The notes under the pieces were generated by a model that saw nothing but the letters and a program-made list of their open reading frames with translations, ran no database searches and was not told where the DNA came from. From Basidioascus undulatus (lineage: Eukaryota), in NCBI GenBank assembly GCA_000826855.1, contig JTLS01000360.1:1-43941 (forward strand): 43,941 bases of DNA, read 5' to 3'. Below, in pieces: positions 11,882 through 23,951 of the stretch (its first letter is position 1; each line of letters starts with the position of its first letter). The position numbers and the translations under genes were made by a program.

Positions 11882-12600
11882 TTAGGTCACCGATTCAGCC
11901 TTGGGGGGAGACGCAGCGTGTGCAGGCAGGGGCTCAACCAGTCGGTCCTGGTAAAGCGAGAAGAATGACAAATTCGTCACCTTGAGCTTCTGCTTGATGA
12001 GATGCTTGACCATGCTCGACCTCAGCGGGATGGCCTTGGCGCTTCGGGGGCGATGGCGCTGTTGGACTGCGCGGCGGCGAGACGGAAGACTTGCTCGAGC
12101 TCGTGCCACAGTCAACCCCGTGTACGCAGGACTTCATGTCCGAGTCTTACCCAGCCGCAGCGACCGCAACGTCCGCGTGGTCGAGGAGGAGCTCGATCTC
12201 TTCGTCCGAACACGCGCCGTAGTCGGGCGTCTGGAAGAAGAACAAACGACTCCCTCAGCCTCAACCAGCCTGCTGTCTATCGGCGTTGGAGGAGCAGCGC
12301 ACCTTGTTGGCAGGCGAGGACGCGTTGTGCTTTGCCTCCTTATGCTACTCGCCAGCGCGCGGTGGAGCAACCGAGGGAGAGCGTGGGGGAGCGCGTTGAG
12401 GAGCAGGTTCGAGGTCGCTATCGAAGTCGCTATCGCCATTAACGTCCATGGGAGGCTCGGAAGCGGGCCGACGCTTGCGCCCGCCCTCGGCCGCATGTGG
12501 CTGGGGGATCTGCTGCGGTGCGTCCTTCGGCTGTACGACGCCGATGTTGAGAGAAGTGACGTTAGGCAAGTTGTAGTAGTTCTGTCAAGTCGCACACTGT
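11882..12600 (-). pseudogene. Degenerate gene with a Myb/SANT-like segment, paralogous to 27471-27701
   Basis: The exon from 12230 reads ACSDEEIELLLDHADVAVAAAG*DSDMKS, later RSAKAIPLRSSMVKHLIKQKLK. In-frame TAA at 12149-12147 falls where the paralogue has Trp. An upstream low-complexity exon contains GRKRRP. Confidence 0.45.
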
Positions 12601-13327
12601 CAGCGGGAAGGCTTGGACGCAAACCGCCTGCCGCATGAGAACAGTTCGACTGCTCCAACCTGAATGGTCTGAGCCGAGGCGGGCGCTTAGTCGGGCATGG
12701 CGAGATATTAGAGAGCAGTTGAAATGGTGGTATATGGAAGGAAGAGAATAGGCGACCGGCTGGTACGATACGGAGACGAGCAGACTGACTTGCGCAACGA
12801 CGGCATGGAAAGGGAGGGCCGGATCGGCGTGTCATGAAATTTGGTCATTCCGCCGCAATGACCGAGAACCGGAGAGCATTCTCGTATTTGCAAAGGGATA
12901 GGTCCATGGTAATGGGTTACCAAAAAATATCAAGTGGGGGTCATCAGAGTGTATGTTACAGCGTGAGGACTGCCGCTGTCGGTGTCTGGAATGTTGCTTG
13001 CTCGTCGCATACGACGGGTTTTCACTTGGTGTGTCAGTGTGTGTTGGTTGTTAAAGAGGAACAGCATATCTCTGAAAGTTTTACGCTTCAGCCCATTCCG
13101 CGGCCTGAAAGATAACGAAGCGCAGTCGCCAGCTTTCGAGCGACCATCTGACCTGAATAAGGCATGTCGTGCGCATAGAAAGTTATCATTGACGCATCCA
13201 GCAAGGCATTCAACTTCAAATAACCAGAAGAAGCAGACAGTGACATGTTAGTATGCTTGTGAATTGTAGGGTACGTGATACACTTGGCCACCGGCCGTAA
13301 AAAGGGCCCATAAGTTACACCGTCCAC

Positions 13328-15090
13328 TCAAACCTCAATCTCCTCCCTATTCGTGCCTAGCCTAGGCAAACGCAGATACACGTCCGTCCCCCACCCATCA
13401 AGACTAACCAGCTTGAGACTCCCTCCTACCCATACCGCCCGTTCCGCCCCCCAATCAGCGCAGCTCCTCCTCCTCCTACCCTTCCTCTCGCCGAAGACTC
13501 GCTGAAGACTCACCGAAGTAATCCGCATAAATCTTGCTAAGCGGCAAGCCGATCCCCAAGTGCTCCGGCACCTCGTTGTTGCGGTCCAGGACGCTCGAGA
13601 CGTGCGCGGGCGGCGGAGGCTGGGGCGGGTGCATCTGCATTTGCTCGCCGACCGTGCCCTTAAGGTGCCGCGTTCGGCGGAGGGGTTCGAGCTGCGCGGC
13701 GTTCCGGTGCAGGAGGGAGGAGAGCGTGTAGAGCGAGGGGCTGTTGGGGGGGAGACCGCCGCCTGGAGGGATGGGGCGGGATCGCGTAAATCAGTGTGAG
13801 ATGAGGAGAGGGATGTGAGAAAGAAATATGGACCTCGATCTGAGATGCGGATGGTTATCTCTGACGGGGCGGAAGCGATCGTTGCTTGTACGGGAGGGCA
13901 GGGCTGATTAGAAGGGTGGTGGAGCATCGTGAACCGCATGGCCTGATCCCCTCCCCGGATTCAGCACATATAGGCAATTGTGTGTCAGGAAAGAAGCCCT
14001 GAACACTCACATTCTTCAGCAGCTCAAAGAGAATGTACTCCAGATGCTCCCCGATATACGCGAACCCCTTCGCGCCCTCGCCCTGCGTCTCCTCGACCTC
14101 GACCTGCACGCCCCCGCCCTCCTTCGCGCGCGCCAGCTCCGCGCACTTCCTTACGACGTCCCCGACTCGCAGGTCCGTCGTGATCACCCCCACCTGCCCC
14201 TGCCCCGGACGGGACGCCGACGCGGACGACGCGGAAATGGCGACGTGCTGCTCGGCGAGGACGCGCCGGCCGATGCGCGAGCGGAGCATGCGCGTCCAGA
14301 GCGCGTCGAGCGTCACGGGCGCCAGGTGCGGCGCGGACTCGAGCAGCCCGAGCGCGAGGGAGGGGATGATGGGCATGCTGGGGTTCGGGGGTGAGATGGT
14401 GCGGGGGTTGGGTAGGGGGGAGAAGACGCACTGCTGGTTGAGCATGGATCGCAGGAAGACGCAGAAGGCGTCGTTCTCAGTCGGGTCGGTGATTACTGGA
14501 TATCGTCGGAATCTGGATTGATCGTATGAGATAGAGTGAATCCAGGAGCGATCATGGCAGCTGCGCACGCATGGAACGCGTTCATGTACAACTGCCGGAC
14601 CCCACCCGCTTTGAGCATCCTCGATCACCGGATAGGAAGGAGACAGGAACAACGTACCTCATACACCTCATTCATCCTCTCGTTCGTCACCACTGCGTAC
14701 GGGAGGTTCTGCAAGTCCTTGAGCCTGTGCGCCAACCGCACCGGGATCTCGGACCGGACATAGTTGGCGGACTGACCACGCCTCCGTCCCGTCAATCCCA
14801 GTCCATTCCACGTCTGTTCGAAATACAACGCTCGTACTTGGACAAGTCGATCTTCCGAGAGATCCCGCCCGAAGAAGACGATCTGGCGGAGGGTGAGGGG
14901 CTGGATTGGTCGGGCGGCCCAGAGGTCGACTTGCTTGTTTCTGTGCGTTCGAGCCCCGCGCCCTCAGCCCGGTCCCCACTGGGAGAGCTCTAACAACCTC
15001 GATGTACTGATAGAATGCCCGAGCTTGCTTGGAGATGGATCTTGAATGGGCTGGACGCTGCAGGGCGGCGAGCAAGGGGCGGCGCGACAT
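13328..15090 (-). CDS. Mitochondrial alpha-ketoacid dehydrogenase kinase (PDK/BCKDK family), multi-exon
   Basis: Arg-rich presequence MSRRPLLAALQRPAHSRS; PLTLRQIVFFGR; SANYVRSEIPVRLAHRLKDLQNLP; SRIGRRVLAEQH; GHKL boxes YILFELLKN|AMR, IRISDRG|GG and GIGLPLSKIYADYF|GGSLKLVSLDGWGTDVYLRLP. Confidence 0.95.
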
Positions 15091-16931
15091 GACGGTGCGA
15101 GGGCAAGTCCGCGAGGGGGCCCCAGACACGCAGGAACGCCAAAATGAAATGTCACGTGAAAGCGACGAAAGAACAACACCCTCCTTAGAGGGCGTGCTGC
15201 CATCGTATCGCAGAGAATTATTGACCGAAGCACGATAGAATACTATGAAATTAAAAATCCAGAGGTATGAAAGTAAGACAGAGGGGTCACCAGCCGCCAA
15301 AGATGGGATTCTGCGGGAGTCGGGTGGGCGGAACGTTGCACTGCACTTGGGGCAGGAAAAACGACAGCTTGGGTATCCAGCAGATTCGCAACAAAGAAAC
15401 TACTTGTAAAAGACTGAAGCAAACCGGACAGTGCATGTGATCCCCATGGTGACTCAAGGGTGATCATTCGTGATAACAAGACCCTGCTTCAGGTTCAAGC
15501 AGGAAACCGCGTCTTGCCACGCACTGATAGGCGAGGTACGATTGCTTATCTGAACTCCTTTCGTTTAATCCACAAGATTCATTACACTCCGAAGTTACTC
15601 TACCCCATCCCCTCTGATACATCCCGCTACAAATGGGCACAGCATCGTCCGTTCGTAGAAACCGATCACTCAACCGACTGTACAGTCGAGCGGTTAGCGT
15701 TTATTTTACTCTTTTAACATTAGGGGGCCGACAGATGGTGAAAACGCCTTCGGGGATAGCGGCAGCCTAACTGGCGGGAGACATGAACGTACAGTACCTG
15801 GACGGACTGAGAGACAGATACGAACGCTTTCATCCTTTTGGTTGAGCCTTGCTATTCTGTGACGGCTGCTCAAGTTCGATCGCTATGCTCGCCCCCGCCT
15901 GTCCACCGGACTCGTGAGCGTACCGCAACTGGCAGTCACAAAGCCTACGGCGGGGATACCACAGTCGATACCACAGTCTGCGAGTGTGAGGTTTCTTGGG
16001 CTAGACTGTTCGAAGTTATACAAGCCCACTATGTAAAATTGCTTGGTTTGAGGGTCGTAGCAAAGGATCTAATGAGTTGGGAATGTTGTGCAGCCGCGAT
16101 TATTACTGAACCATTGGGCATCGGGCACCTGAAGCTTGGGCTGTCCACTGCCCTTTAGGCATCCTGGCCCATTTGGAACGGGCTCAGGTGTTCGCACAAT
16201 CAATCACACGCCGTTCGCGTATACAGTAGGGGCCAAGGGGAGGCGCTCCGTGACAACGAGGACTGCTTCGTCAACTCTATAAACTTTCAGATTTAAAGTA
16301 TGATAAGTTTTGCTAGCTCGACCCAATGCTGGCATTGTCCCCTTCCGAGTCGAGTGCAGTCGAGTGAAGAAGAGAAAGACGGCCAACGGCCCTTTCAACC
16401 CTCGCTCGTCCTCATGATCACCATCCTTGCCTGCTCGTGGTCGATTTTAGTACTCCTCCATGTATAAGTTCCAGGTATTACAAATCCTCAAATACACATC
16501 CCGAGTCGTCTCAAACTGCCCTAGACTTTGGCAGTCTCCGCAGTCCATGTCGGTTTCCAAGCTGTGCCGAAGAGATGAGCGAGCAACAAAGGAATCCGAA
16601 CGTGATGCAGGCGACCGACCGAGCTCATATCGGAAACAAAGTAAACCTCTTTTTACCACTTTTTTGGGGGGGCTCTTCACAATGAGAACGTCGATAGCCA
16701 CCCGTATGCATCCGCGGCATCCCTTGCCCGCTGCTGGACAAGCGCGATAGCCGAAGCACTCTGCTGCTCAATCAAATCGACAAGCGATCGGTATGAGAAT
16801 AGAAGCGTATAAACATTGCGGGTAAAAGCGCCTCGGTATTTCAAATCATCATCATCATCTGTCCTAGCATTTTCTGTCCTTCACCCTCATCTACCGTCCA
16901 TCGTCCCATCCTCCTCCTCATCCCCTCCTTC

Positions 16932-19528
16932 TTACTCAGCCTTCACCTCCGCCCTAATTATCTCCGTCCCGACGTCGTCCGCCACAGGGAACTGCCAGAA
17001 CGCCTTGTTCCCCTCCTTCCCCTCCCCATCCTCCTCCTCCTTCTCTCTCACCTCCTCCCCCTGCCTTTCAACCCACGTCATCCTTACCGCCCGCTCCCTT
17101 TCCCTCACGCTCCGAGCCGCCGCCCCGTTCTCCCAGCGCCCTTTGGTAAGCAAGCGGCGCACGAGCCCGCGCGCGAGAATGTGCGCGTGCGAGGCGAGGA
17201 GCGCGATGAGCAGCAGGGGGAGGAGGCGCGCGAGCCCCGTCTCCGCCGCCGCGGCGGAGGTGCGCGTGCGGAGGTGCGTTGCAGCGAAGGCGCTCCCGAG
17301 CTTTTCGGTGGACCCGTGGGAGGTGGAGATGGTGTGCGGGTCGGGCGAGCCGCCGAAGAGGTAGATCAGGGAGGAGTTGGTTATCGCGCCGGCCCAGGCG
17401 ATGAATGACTGGAGGGCGGGTGGGTGTCAGGCGATGGGAGAGACAAGGGAGGTGAGGGAATGGAGAAAGACGGACAAGCACGTCGAGCCATGGCCCGACT
17501 GTGTCGGTCCGCTCGGGAACGCGCCGGCGGTTGTGCTGCGTGATCTTGAACGCATCCGAGCGGATCTCGAACCAGTTGTTGACGAACGCGCCGACTTGGC
17601 GAGATAGCAGGATGTTTAGTACAGCGCATCGTGTGGTGAGAAAGCGAGCGGGAAAACCGTCTTACTCGGAGCGAGCGGCCAGCAGATGGACCAGAGCACG
17701 ACGTATCCGAACTGTTCGACTCTCCATCAGTCCTAAGCCTTAAAAAGCACAAGCGAGACAGCGCGCCTGCGTAGCCATCTCCGCATAGTCCCCAAACAGC
17801 GTGTACTCGGGCAGGGCGACCTCGTCCCTGACCCTCTCGAGCCACGCACGCTCGCCCGCACGGTCGCCCTCGGGCCCCTCGAGCCCCTTGAGCGCCGCGT
17901 CACTGGCGTTGTGCCCGTTGGTGGAGCGAGACGATGACTTGCTGGAGATGAAGCGCATGACGAAGGGAACGATGACTTCGGTCGCGAAGTTGATGCCTTG
18001 GTTGGTGACGAGGTCTGGAAATGAAGAGTGCTCAGTTAACATAGAGGTACATGCCACGAAAAGATGGCTGGAAGTGGTGAGGGTGGAGAGGGAAGGACGC
18101 ACAAGCAAAAAGCTGCGCATGCAGCCGTTCCGCCTTGATCTCCGGCAGTGCTGCGTCGGCACCCTGCGCGGGGAGGAACCCCCATCCAACGAGGTGCGTG
18201 CGCGCCTCGCGCATGATGAGTACGCCCCAGGGGACGTACACCCACGCGGAGAGCGCGAGCCCGCCGAACGCGACGAGCGCGTTGAGCGAGAACGTCTTCA
18301 CCGTCAGCGACGCGTCGTGCGCCTGCTGCGTCGGGTGCCGCTCCCACGCTGCGAGACGGTGCAGAATCGGTTGGTATGCGGCTAGCAGCTGGGGGACCAG
18401 GCCGACGAAGAGCATGGTTGGGACGAAACCCTGTTGGGGGACGGGGGAAGGGTGAGGGGAGTTTCGCTGAGGAGAGGGAGGGAGGCGCGTACAATGTACT
18501 CTGCGCCTGGGCCGGAGTAGAGCTGGAAAGCGAACGCCTCGAGGAGGAAGATGCTACTCAGAGCATTTGGGTAAGTACGAAACATGAGAACTTGGTCAAA
18601 GGGAGATTCGCGTACCCCGTAAGCAGCGCCCCAAGCCCCGCAGCGAACACCGCGAGGACGGGGATGCTAGCGGCAGTCTTGAGCTCGCGCTTCCACCAGT
18701 CGCCTCCGGCGTTCTCCTCGGCGTGCACTGCGGCAGAGACGCCCGCGGTGCCCCACTGCACGGCGAGCTCGCGCTCGCGGATGCGCCAGGCCTCGACGAA
18801 GAAGACGGACCAGAGGAGGAGCGGGATGGCGTAGGCGGCGGAGTAGGGCAGGTTGAGGGCGTAGATGGAGAGGCCGAGGAGGACGGGGATGATGAGGGAG
18901 GCGAAATACTGCATCGGTGGAAGGAGAGTTAGCTGGGTGGGAGAGAGAGAAGGCTGGGGGGAGGCTGAGATGAGTTGGCGGAACGCACGTATTGAACGAA
19001 AGCGAAGTAAAGCGCAATCGCCTCCCCAAACTGATCCTTCAACCTGCTCAGCTCGTCGTCCCCAATCCACCCGAGCTTCTTCTTCGTCCAATCGTTGATC
19101 CAGCGATGGTTGAACTCGCGATCATGCATTGGCGTAACGACCTCCACGCCGTTCTCGCCCTCCTTCACGCCGGCCCCGCCCTCCTCCACGGGGTCCGTTA
19201 CACGCGCGTGGACGAGCCGGACGCGCTCGGCCGGGGTGACGACGCCGTCGTCGGCCTGGCCCGCCGCGGACGCGACGAGGTCGGCCCAGCGCTCGCGCCG
19301 CTCGAGGGCCGCGACGAGGCTGTCGGGCGCGTGCACGAAGAGGAGGAGCCGGTGCGTCCCCGCGCGGTCGGGGCGCGTGGCAACTTTAAGGCCTGCGTTG
19401 CGGAGGCGGCCGAGGAGGGCGAGGTAGGACGCTTCGAGCGAGGAGGCGGAGGTCGCCTTGTTCGACGGATTCGGGGTCGAGATCCGGAACGCTATGACCA
19501 GGTCCACGCGCGGCTCGTCGATCGACAT
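16932..19528 (-). CDS. IST2: Anoctamin/TMEM16 (Ist2-like) Ca2+-activated scramblase/channel, multi-exon
   Basis: VDLVIAF, TPAERVRLVH, PMHDREFNHRWINDW, LKDQFGEAIALYFAF, WSVFFVEAWRIRERELAVQWG, LPEYTLFGDYAEMATQ|FGYVVLWSICWPLAP are fungal TMEM16 hallmarks, with several hydrophobic exons. Confidence 0.95.
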
Positions 19529-20546
19529 CGTCAGCTCGTCGTTGGCGATGGGGAGAACGATGTTTTAAATGAAGGTGGTTTGGTGGGAAGATGGAAAGAG
19601 GGAAAAGGGAACAAGATGGAGGGGGGTTGGCGGGTTGAAAGGTAGGGAGCGCTCAGGGCCAGAAGACGTCATTTTAGAGCTCCAGCTTGGGCCCTGGCGA
19701 TACGCTCATCGGACTTTGCGACGTGCACGCAGGCGTCAGCGCTTGGAGAGACGAAGAAATGATACATAACGATCTCGCAACGAACAGAAACAATAGTGAT
19801 CCAAAAGAAAGAGTCAGAGCCAAATGGCACTTGCCTGAGATTCAGGTTCTGCCACTACAACTGTTCCGACGCTGCAGTGTAGCCCCTGCACAGCAATATC
19901 GGCTTTGCGAGGGACTGCCTGAAAGACCTGTATTACGGGGAGGGAAAGCCGAGGTTCAAGGTTCAAGCTGGTAGACTATCATGCTGACGGGTTCGGTCCC
20001 TCGAAGGCCATGTCGGCACACTGTGACAGTTCCTCGAGCTTTACCGCTCAGCACACACAGCCCAGTCCAGCAGTCGCTGAAAGTAAAGCCCCGCACATAT
20101 AAGAGGCTCTTAGAATAGAACCGATAAGCGGTTCTCTTGTTACCCTGTGAAGGCACTGACGAAGCAGAGGTACCACTGCGACAAGCCGGTTGTGCTGTCC
20201 GCCCAAAAGCATGCTTTCGACAGTAAGCCTGCCGTTGGCATAGCAGAGAATATCGGCCCTTCTGCTTGATATTGGAGAAGAGAGCATCTATCATGGGACA
20301 ACGTGTCATCGTCCGCCCATTTCTTACTACTTCAGCCATCTCAGGCTGGGAGATCGCCATCTTCCCCTTCCCCTCCATCTGCCACACTGTCATTGTTCTC
20401 GACCGTGGGCAACAAGATTCAAGCAACAATGAGCTTTCTCCCTGCAGAGAAACAGCATTTTGCATTCACCCTCTGAACCTGGTCCGCGCCCTGGTCCTCC
20501 CTGTCTTCCCCCCGACCGCCGTCGTTCTGGATCACCGACTCCAACA

Positions 20547-21085
20547 ATGCAGATCATCCACATCACCGTGCTCCCGGTCCTGTATCTCTGTGTGACTACA
20601 GCGCTCGCAAGGTTCTTCTTCCTCGTGCACCAAGTCGAAGACGTCCTCGGCCACCTAGAGCAGAGCAACCACTCGGTTCGCAGTTCCCTCCCCCCCCCAC
20701 ATCCATCCCTCCCAACTCCAGCCCACGTCACTCACCCCTCCAAACCCAGCTCCACACCTTCTGCGCCCCCGCCTCCTTCCTCCCCGTCTTCTTCTCCCAC
20801 GCCATCCCCTCCACCAGCAGCAGCAACACGACATCCTCCCACCCCATCGCCTCGCCGGAGGAGTGCTGCAAGACGTGCTTCAACACCAGGGGCTGTGACG
20901 CGTGGATCTTCGGGGGAAATGATACGGTGACGAAGTGCAGCATAGCGTTTAATATGACTGGGGGGTCCGGGCCGGAGAGTAATTTCTGTCCGCGGGGGAG
21001 GGCGGATGTTGAGGTCAAGGTCGACCAGGCTTCGAATATCACTTTTGGGGTTGGGCCTTGTATTGGGAAGGTCGTGCAGCTGTGA
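20547..21085 (+). CDS. Small secreted Cys-rich protein with a PAN/Apple-like motif (154 aa, 2 exons)
   Basis: Exons 20547-20675 and 20750-21085 (74-nt GT-AG intron, phase 0). Hydrophobic N-terminus, ECCKTCFNTRGCDAWIF..TKC..FCPRG..GPC, and several N-x-S/T sites. Confidence 0.75.
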
Positions 21086-21492
21086 ATCGTGTTTCTAGAG
21101 TACATTATGTACAGTCTTGAATCTCCTATTCCAACGCTCTGTTTGTTTTGGCTCCGGAGATTGCCTGCCCGCTGCACAGGTCGTTTCAAGACACCTTTCC
21201 ATCGCACTGCCCTCACTGTCAGCAGCGAAGAGGCGACTAGAGAAGAACCGTTAGTTAGGTCGATTCCTCTCACGCCGTCGACGTCTTCAGAGAACAACAA
21301 GCTGGCAACAACGCAACAACAACATCCTAGACGGAACGGGCGGCCCGCCGCCGCGGCTGTGCCTCACTCTCCAGCCTCCTGAGTACTAGTTCTTCATTGA
21401 TCAGCACCATCACCGCCGCTTAGCCACCCCTTCTTTCGCTTTTCGACCACATTGGCCTCCTGAAGTTCTACAACCGACGCTCAGTCTCGGTC

Positions 21493-22065
21493 ATGTCTTC
21501 CAAGCCCTCGATCGGCACCAGCCCGGACCGTCCACACCGTCCGCTGCCCAAACGTGCAGCGCGCGGACACGACCCGCGCGAGGAGGTCCACCACCCATCG
21601 AATCAATCTGCGGGCGTTTCAGCTGGTGCTGAGTCTCCGTGGATTCGCGAGCCTTCATATTTCATTTCTCACGCCTCTCCCGAAGCCAGCAGCTCAAACG
21701 ACTTTCTCTCGCTCGAGGGCTTCGCAGACTCGCTCCCCGCCGCCCCTCACTTCGCCATTCCCGAGGGCCTGCAGGGCTCTTCGTCGGGAAAGATATCGCT
21801 GCCTCCATCCATTCGCTCTCAGTCGACTTCTTCGACTCATATCTCTCTTTCGGCCTTCCCGACGGCCCAATTTACATTCGTACAGTTCCTCGCAAGTGGC
21901 GCTCGCGCTTCAGACCCTGACGCAGGCCCAGGGCGGGGAAACGAAGGAGGTGCGGAGGAGGCTGGAGCGCTAGAGAGGGCGGCCCACGAGGCGACTCGCC
22001 GTGAGCTGGAGCGGGCGCAGGCTGAGCTTGCGGAGCTGCGCCGGCGGAGCGAGGCCGCAGGGTAG
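21493..22065 (+). CDS. Hypothetical protein with a C-terminal coiled coil; possibly spliced or frameshifted
   Basis: 190-aa ORF ending ERAAHEATRRELERAQAELAELRRR. An adjacent frame (ALALQTLTQAQGGETKEVRRRLER*) also looks helical, so the structure is unresolved. Confidence 0.4.
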   Translation: MSSKPSIGTSPDRPHRPLPKRAARGHDPREEVHHPSNQSAGVSAGAESPWIREPSYFISHASPEASSSNDFLSLEGFADSLPAAPHFAIPEGLQGSSSGKISLPPSIRSQSTSSTHISLSAFPTAQFTFVQFLASGARASDPDAGPGRGNEGGAEEAGALERAAHEATRRELERAQAELAELRRRSEAAG

Positions 22066-22679
22066 GGGGTACCGCACAGGGCGGGGTCTCGCACCTGAGA
22101 ACTTTTTATGGATGGAGGAATTGATGAATGAATGGACATCTGTGAGCCTCCTAGACTGTGTGCTGCCGCATGTCTTCTTCGCTGCATGGTGGTCGCCGGC
22201 CAGTCCGTCGTCGATGCGCACAGGTACCAGTAGCACGGCGTGGGTGCCTAACTCTCTTATGGTATTCCAGGAGGCCTTTCGCAGTTAGAGGACCCGTTAC
22301 TTGTCCGTATATCCTCAAGCTGGTGCAGTTCCACTGGCAGTGCCAGAGGCGGCATGATACCGCCGCTCACTGTCTTCCCCACTCCGCGCTCCCGTCCTTG
22401 CTTGCCTTCCGCACCCCATCTCGCTTTATCGACCTATCCACCGTGCGCATGCTTGCGAAACGTCCCTCTCATCTCCTTCCACGTCGTTCCCACCCAGGCA
22501 GTGCCGTTCTCCGCCCAATCCCAATCTTGCGTCCACCGATTAATGACGCACGTGCAGCCCCGCAAGCGCCTCGAGGCCACGCTTTCCTCGGACATGTCTT
22601 CTCCGAGGTCCGCGTCCCTCTTCTGCCTTCTCTCCTCCCCCTTCCATCCTCCATCCGATACCACCACCATCACCCCAGC

Positions 22680-23495
22680 ATGTCCGCCCCCACCCCGTTC
22701 TCCGCGCTCTTGTCCGGGTCCACGACGCCGCAGGACGCCGCATCCCAGATCGCCGCGTCCTTCCCGCCCACGTCGCCCGCCAGGGGGGACACGCCCGGCC
22801 TCGAGGACGCGCTGTACACGCTTTGGGGCGAGGTGATCAAGGCTGCGAAGGAGCAGCCGGAGAAGCAGGAGGACCTGGTGCGGCTCGTGGAGGCGCTCAA
22901 GGTGCAGAGTGTGCGTGGGGAGGGGAAGTGGAGGGTTTGGGGGGAGGAGAAGCGGTGGGAGGACTTGCCGCTGTTCGGACCTGGGATGAGGGATGCTTGG
23001 AACCGTGCGTCCTTTTTTACGTCTACTTCACTTAGTGCTTTGCAAAGAATTTGCTCACGCTGGAATGCGGATGCAGCCCCCGAAGACCCGAACGACCGCA
23101 CCGCCGCCTTGCAGTGGATAGCCCTGAACGCCTTCGCGGCACGCCTGACCTCCTCCCTCGGGCTCCTCCACCTCTACGCCCTCTGGACGCTCCGCGACGC
23201 GCTCGAGAACGACCCGCCCGTGTCCTCGCGCCCTCTCGCGCTCCGCGCCGCCGCGCAGTGGTTCGAACACGCTACGCCGGCGCTCCTAATGTGTCAGGAG
23301 GACTTCGGGCGCCCTGGCAGCGGGGGGAAGAGGTGGAAAGATGGGAAGGGCGGCTTTGAGGAGGGCCGGTGGAAGGTCTGGGAGGCGAGGTGGGAGGAGC
23401 TTGCGCGGGAGGGCGAGGGCGAAGATAGGGAGGTTTGTGAGGCGGCGATTAGGGGGATACGCAAGGCTAGAGAGGGGAAAATACGCTGTGGCTGA
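22680..23495 (+). CDS. DUF3632-like fungal protein
   Basis: LWGEVIKAA..QEDLVRLVEALK..WEDLPLFG..RDAWN..W..LNAFAARL..YALWTLRDALE..AAAQWF..GF..GRW.VW..RW pattern. One 72-nt in-frame intron at 23005-23076. Confidence 0.85.
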   Translation: MSAPTPFSALLSGSTTPQDAASQIAASFPPTSPARGDTPGLEDALYTLWGEVIKAAKEQPEKQEDLVRLVEALKVQSVRGEGKWRVWGEEKRWEDLPLFGPGMRDAWNRASFFTSTSLSALQRICSRWNADAAPEDPNDRTAALQWIALNAFAARLTSSLGLLHLYALWTLRDALENDPPVSSRPLALRAAAQWFEHATPALLMCQEDFGRPGSGGKRWKDGKGGFEEGRWKVWEARWEELAREGEGEDREVCEAAIRGIRKAREGKIRCG

Positions 23496-23951
23496 ACCTG
23501 GACATGTCCCCTGATGGAAGCTATTTCGATGTTTTGGTGAGCGCTTGCTTGTTGCCTTGGAGGTGTAGTCCGTGTCAGGCTTGCGTGGTAGCCTTGAGCA
23601 CGTCACTGGTTGGGTCTGTCGTCGTTGGCGGACCTCAAGCCACGAAGCGTTACATCTTATTGCACTCTACATTCGTTACTTTGAAGTCAGGATACCATCA
23701 GAGTTGAAGGGCAAAACGACGTTCGGACTGTCGCCGTTCTCTGGCTTGCCGGTTAGTGAGCACATCGGGCGCTCGAACGTCTATAAGGTTCGGCTGAAGA
23801 CAGACTGAACTTGCGGCCTGGCAGCTGCACAGCCGGCGCGTTCATACCGATATTGCTTTTTCAGACGTCTGCCTCGCTCTTCTCCAAAGTCGTACAAGCA
23901 AAACACACAATCCGATACGTTCCACGACTCTTCCTGCGACCTACATCCGAC

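Noticed and set aside
22158..22679. N-terminal 174 aa of the 445-aa ORF
   Set aside because: Starts at a non-ATG codon and looks like promoter/UTR; family-like sequence begins at ATG 22680.
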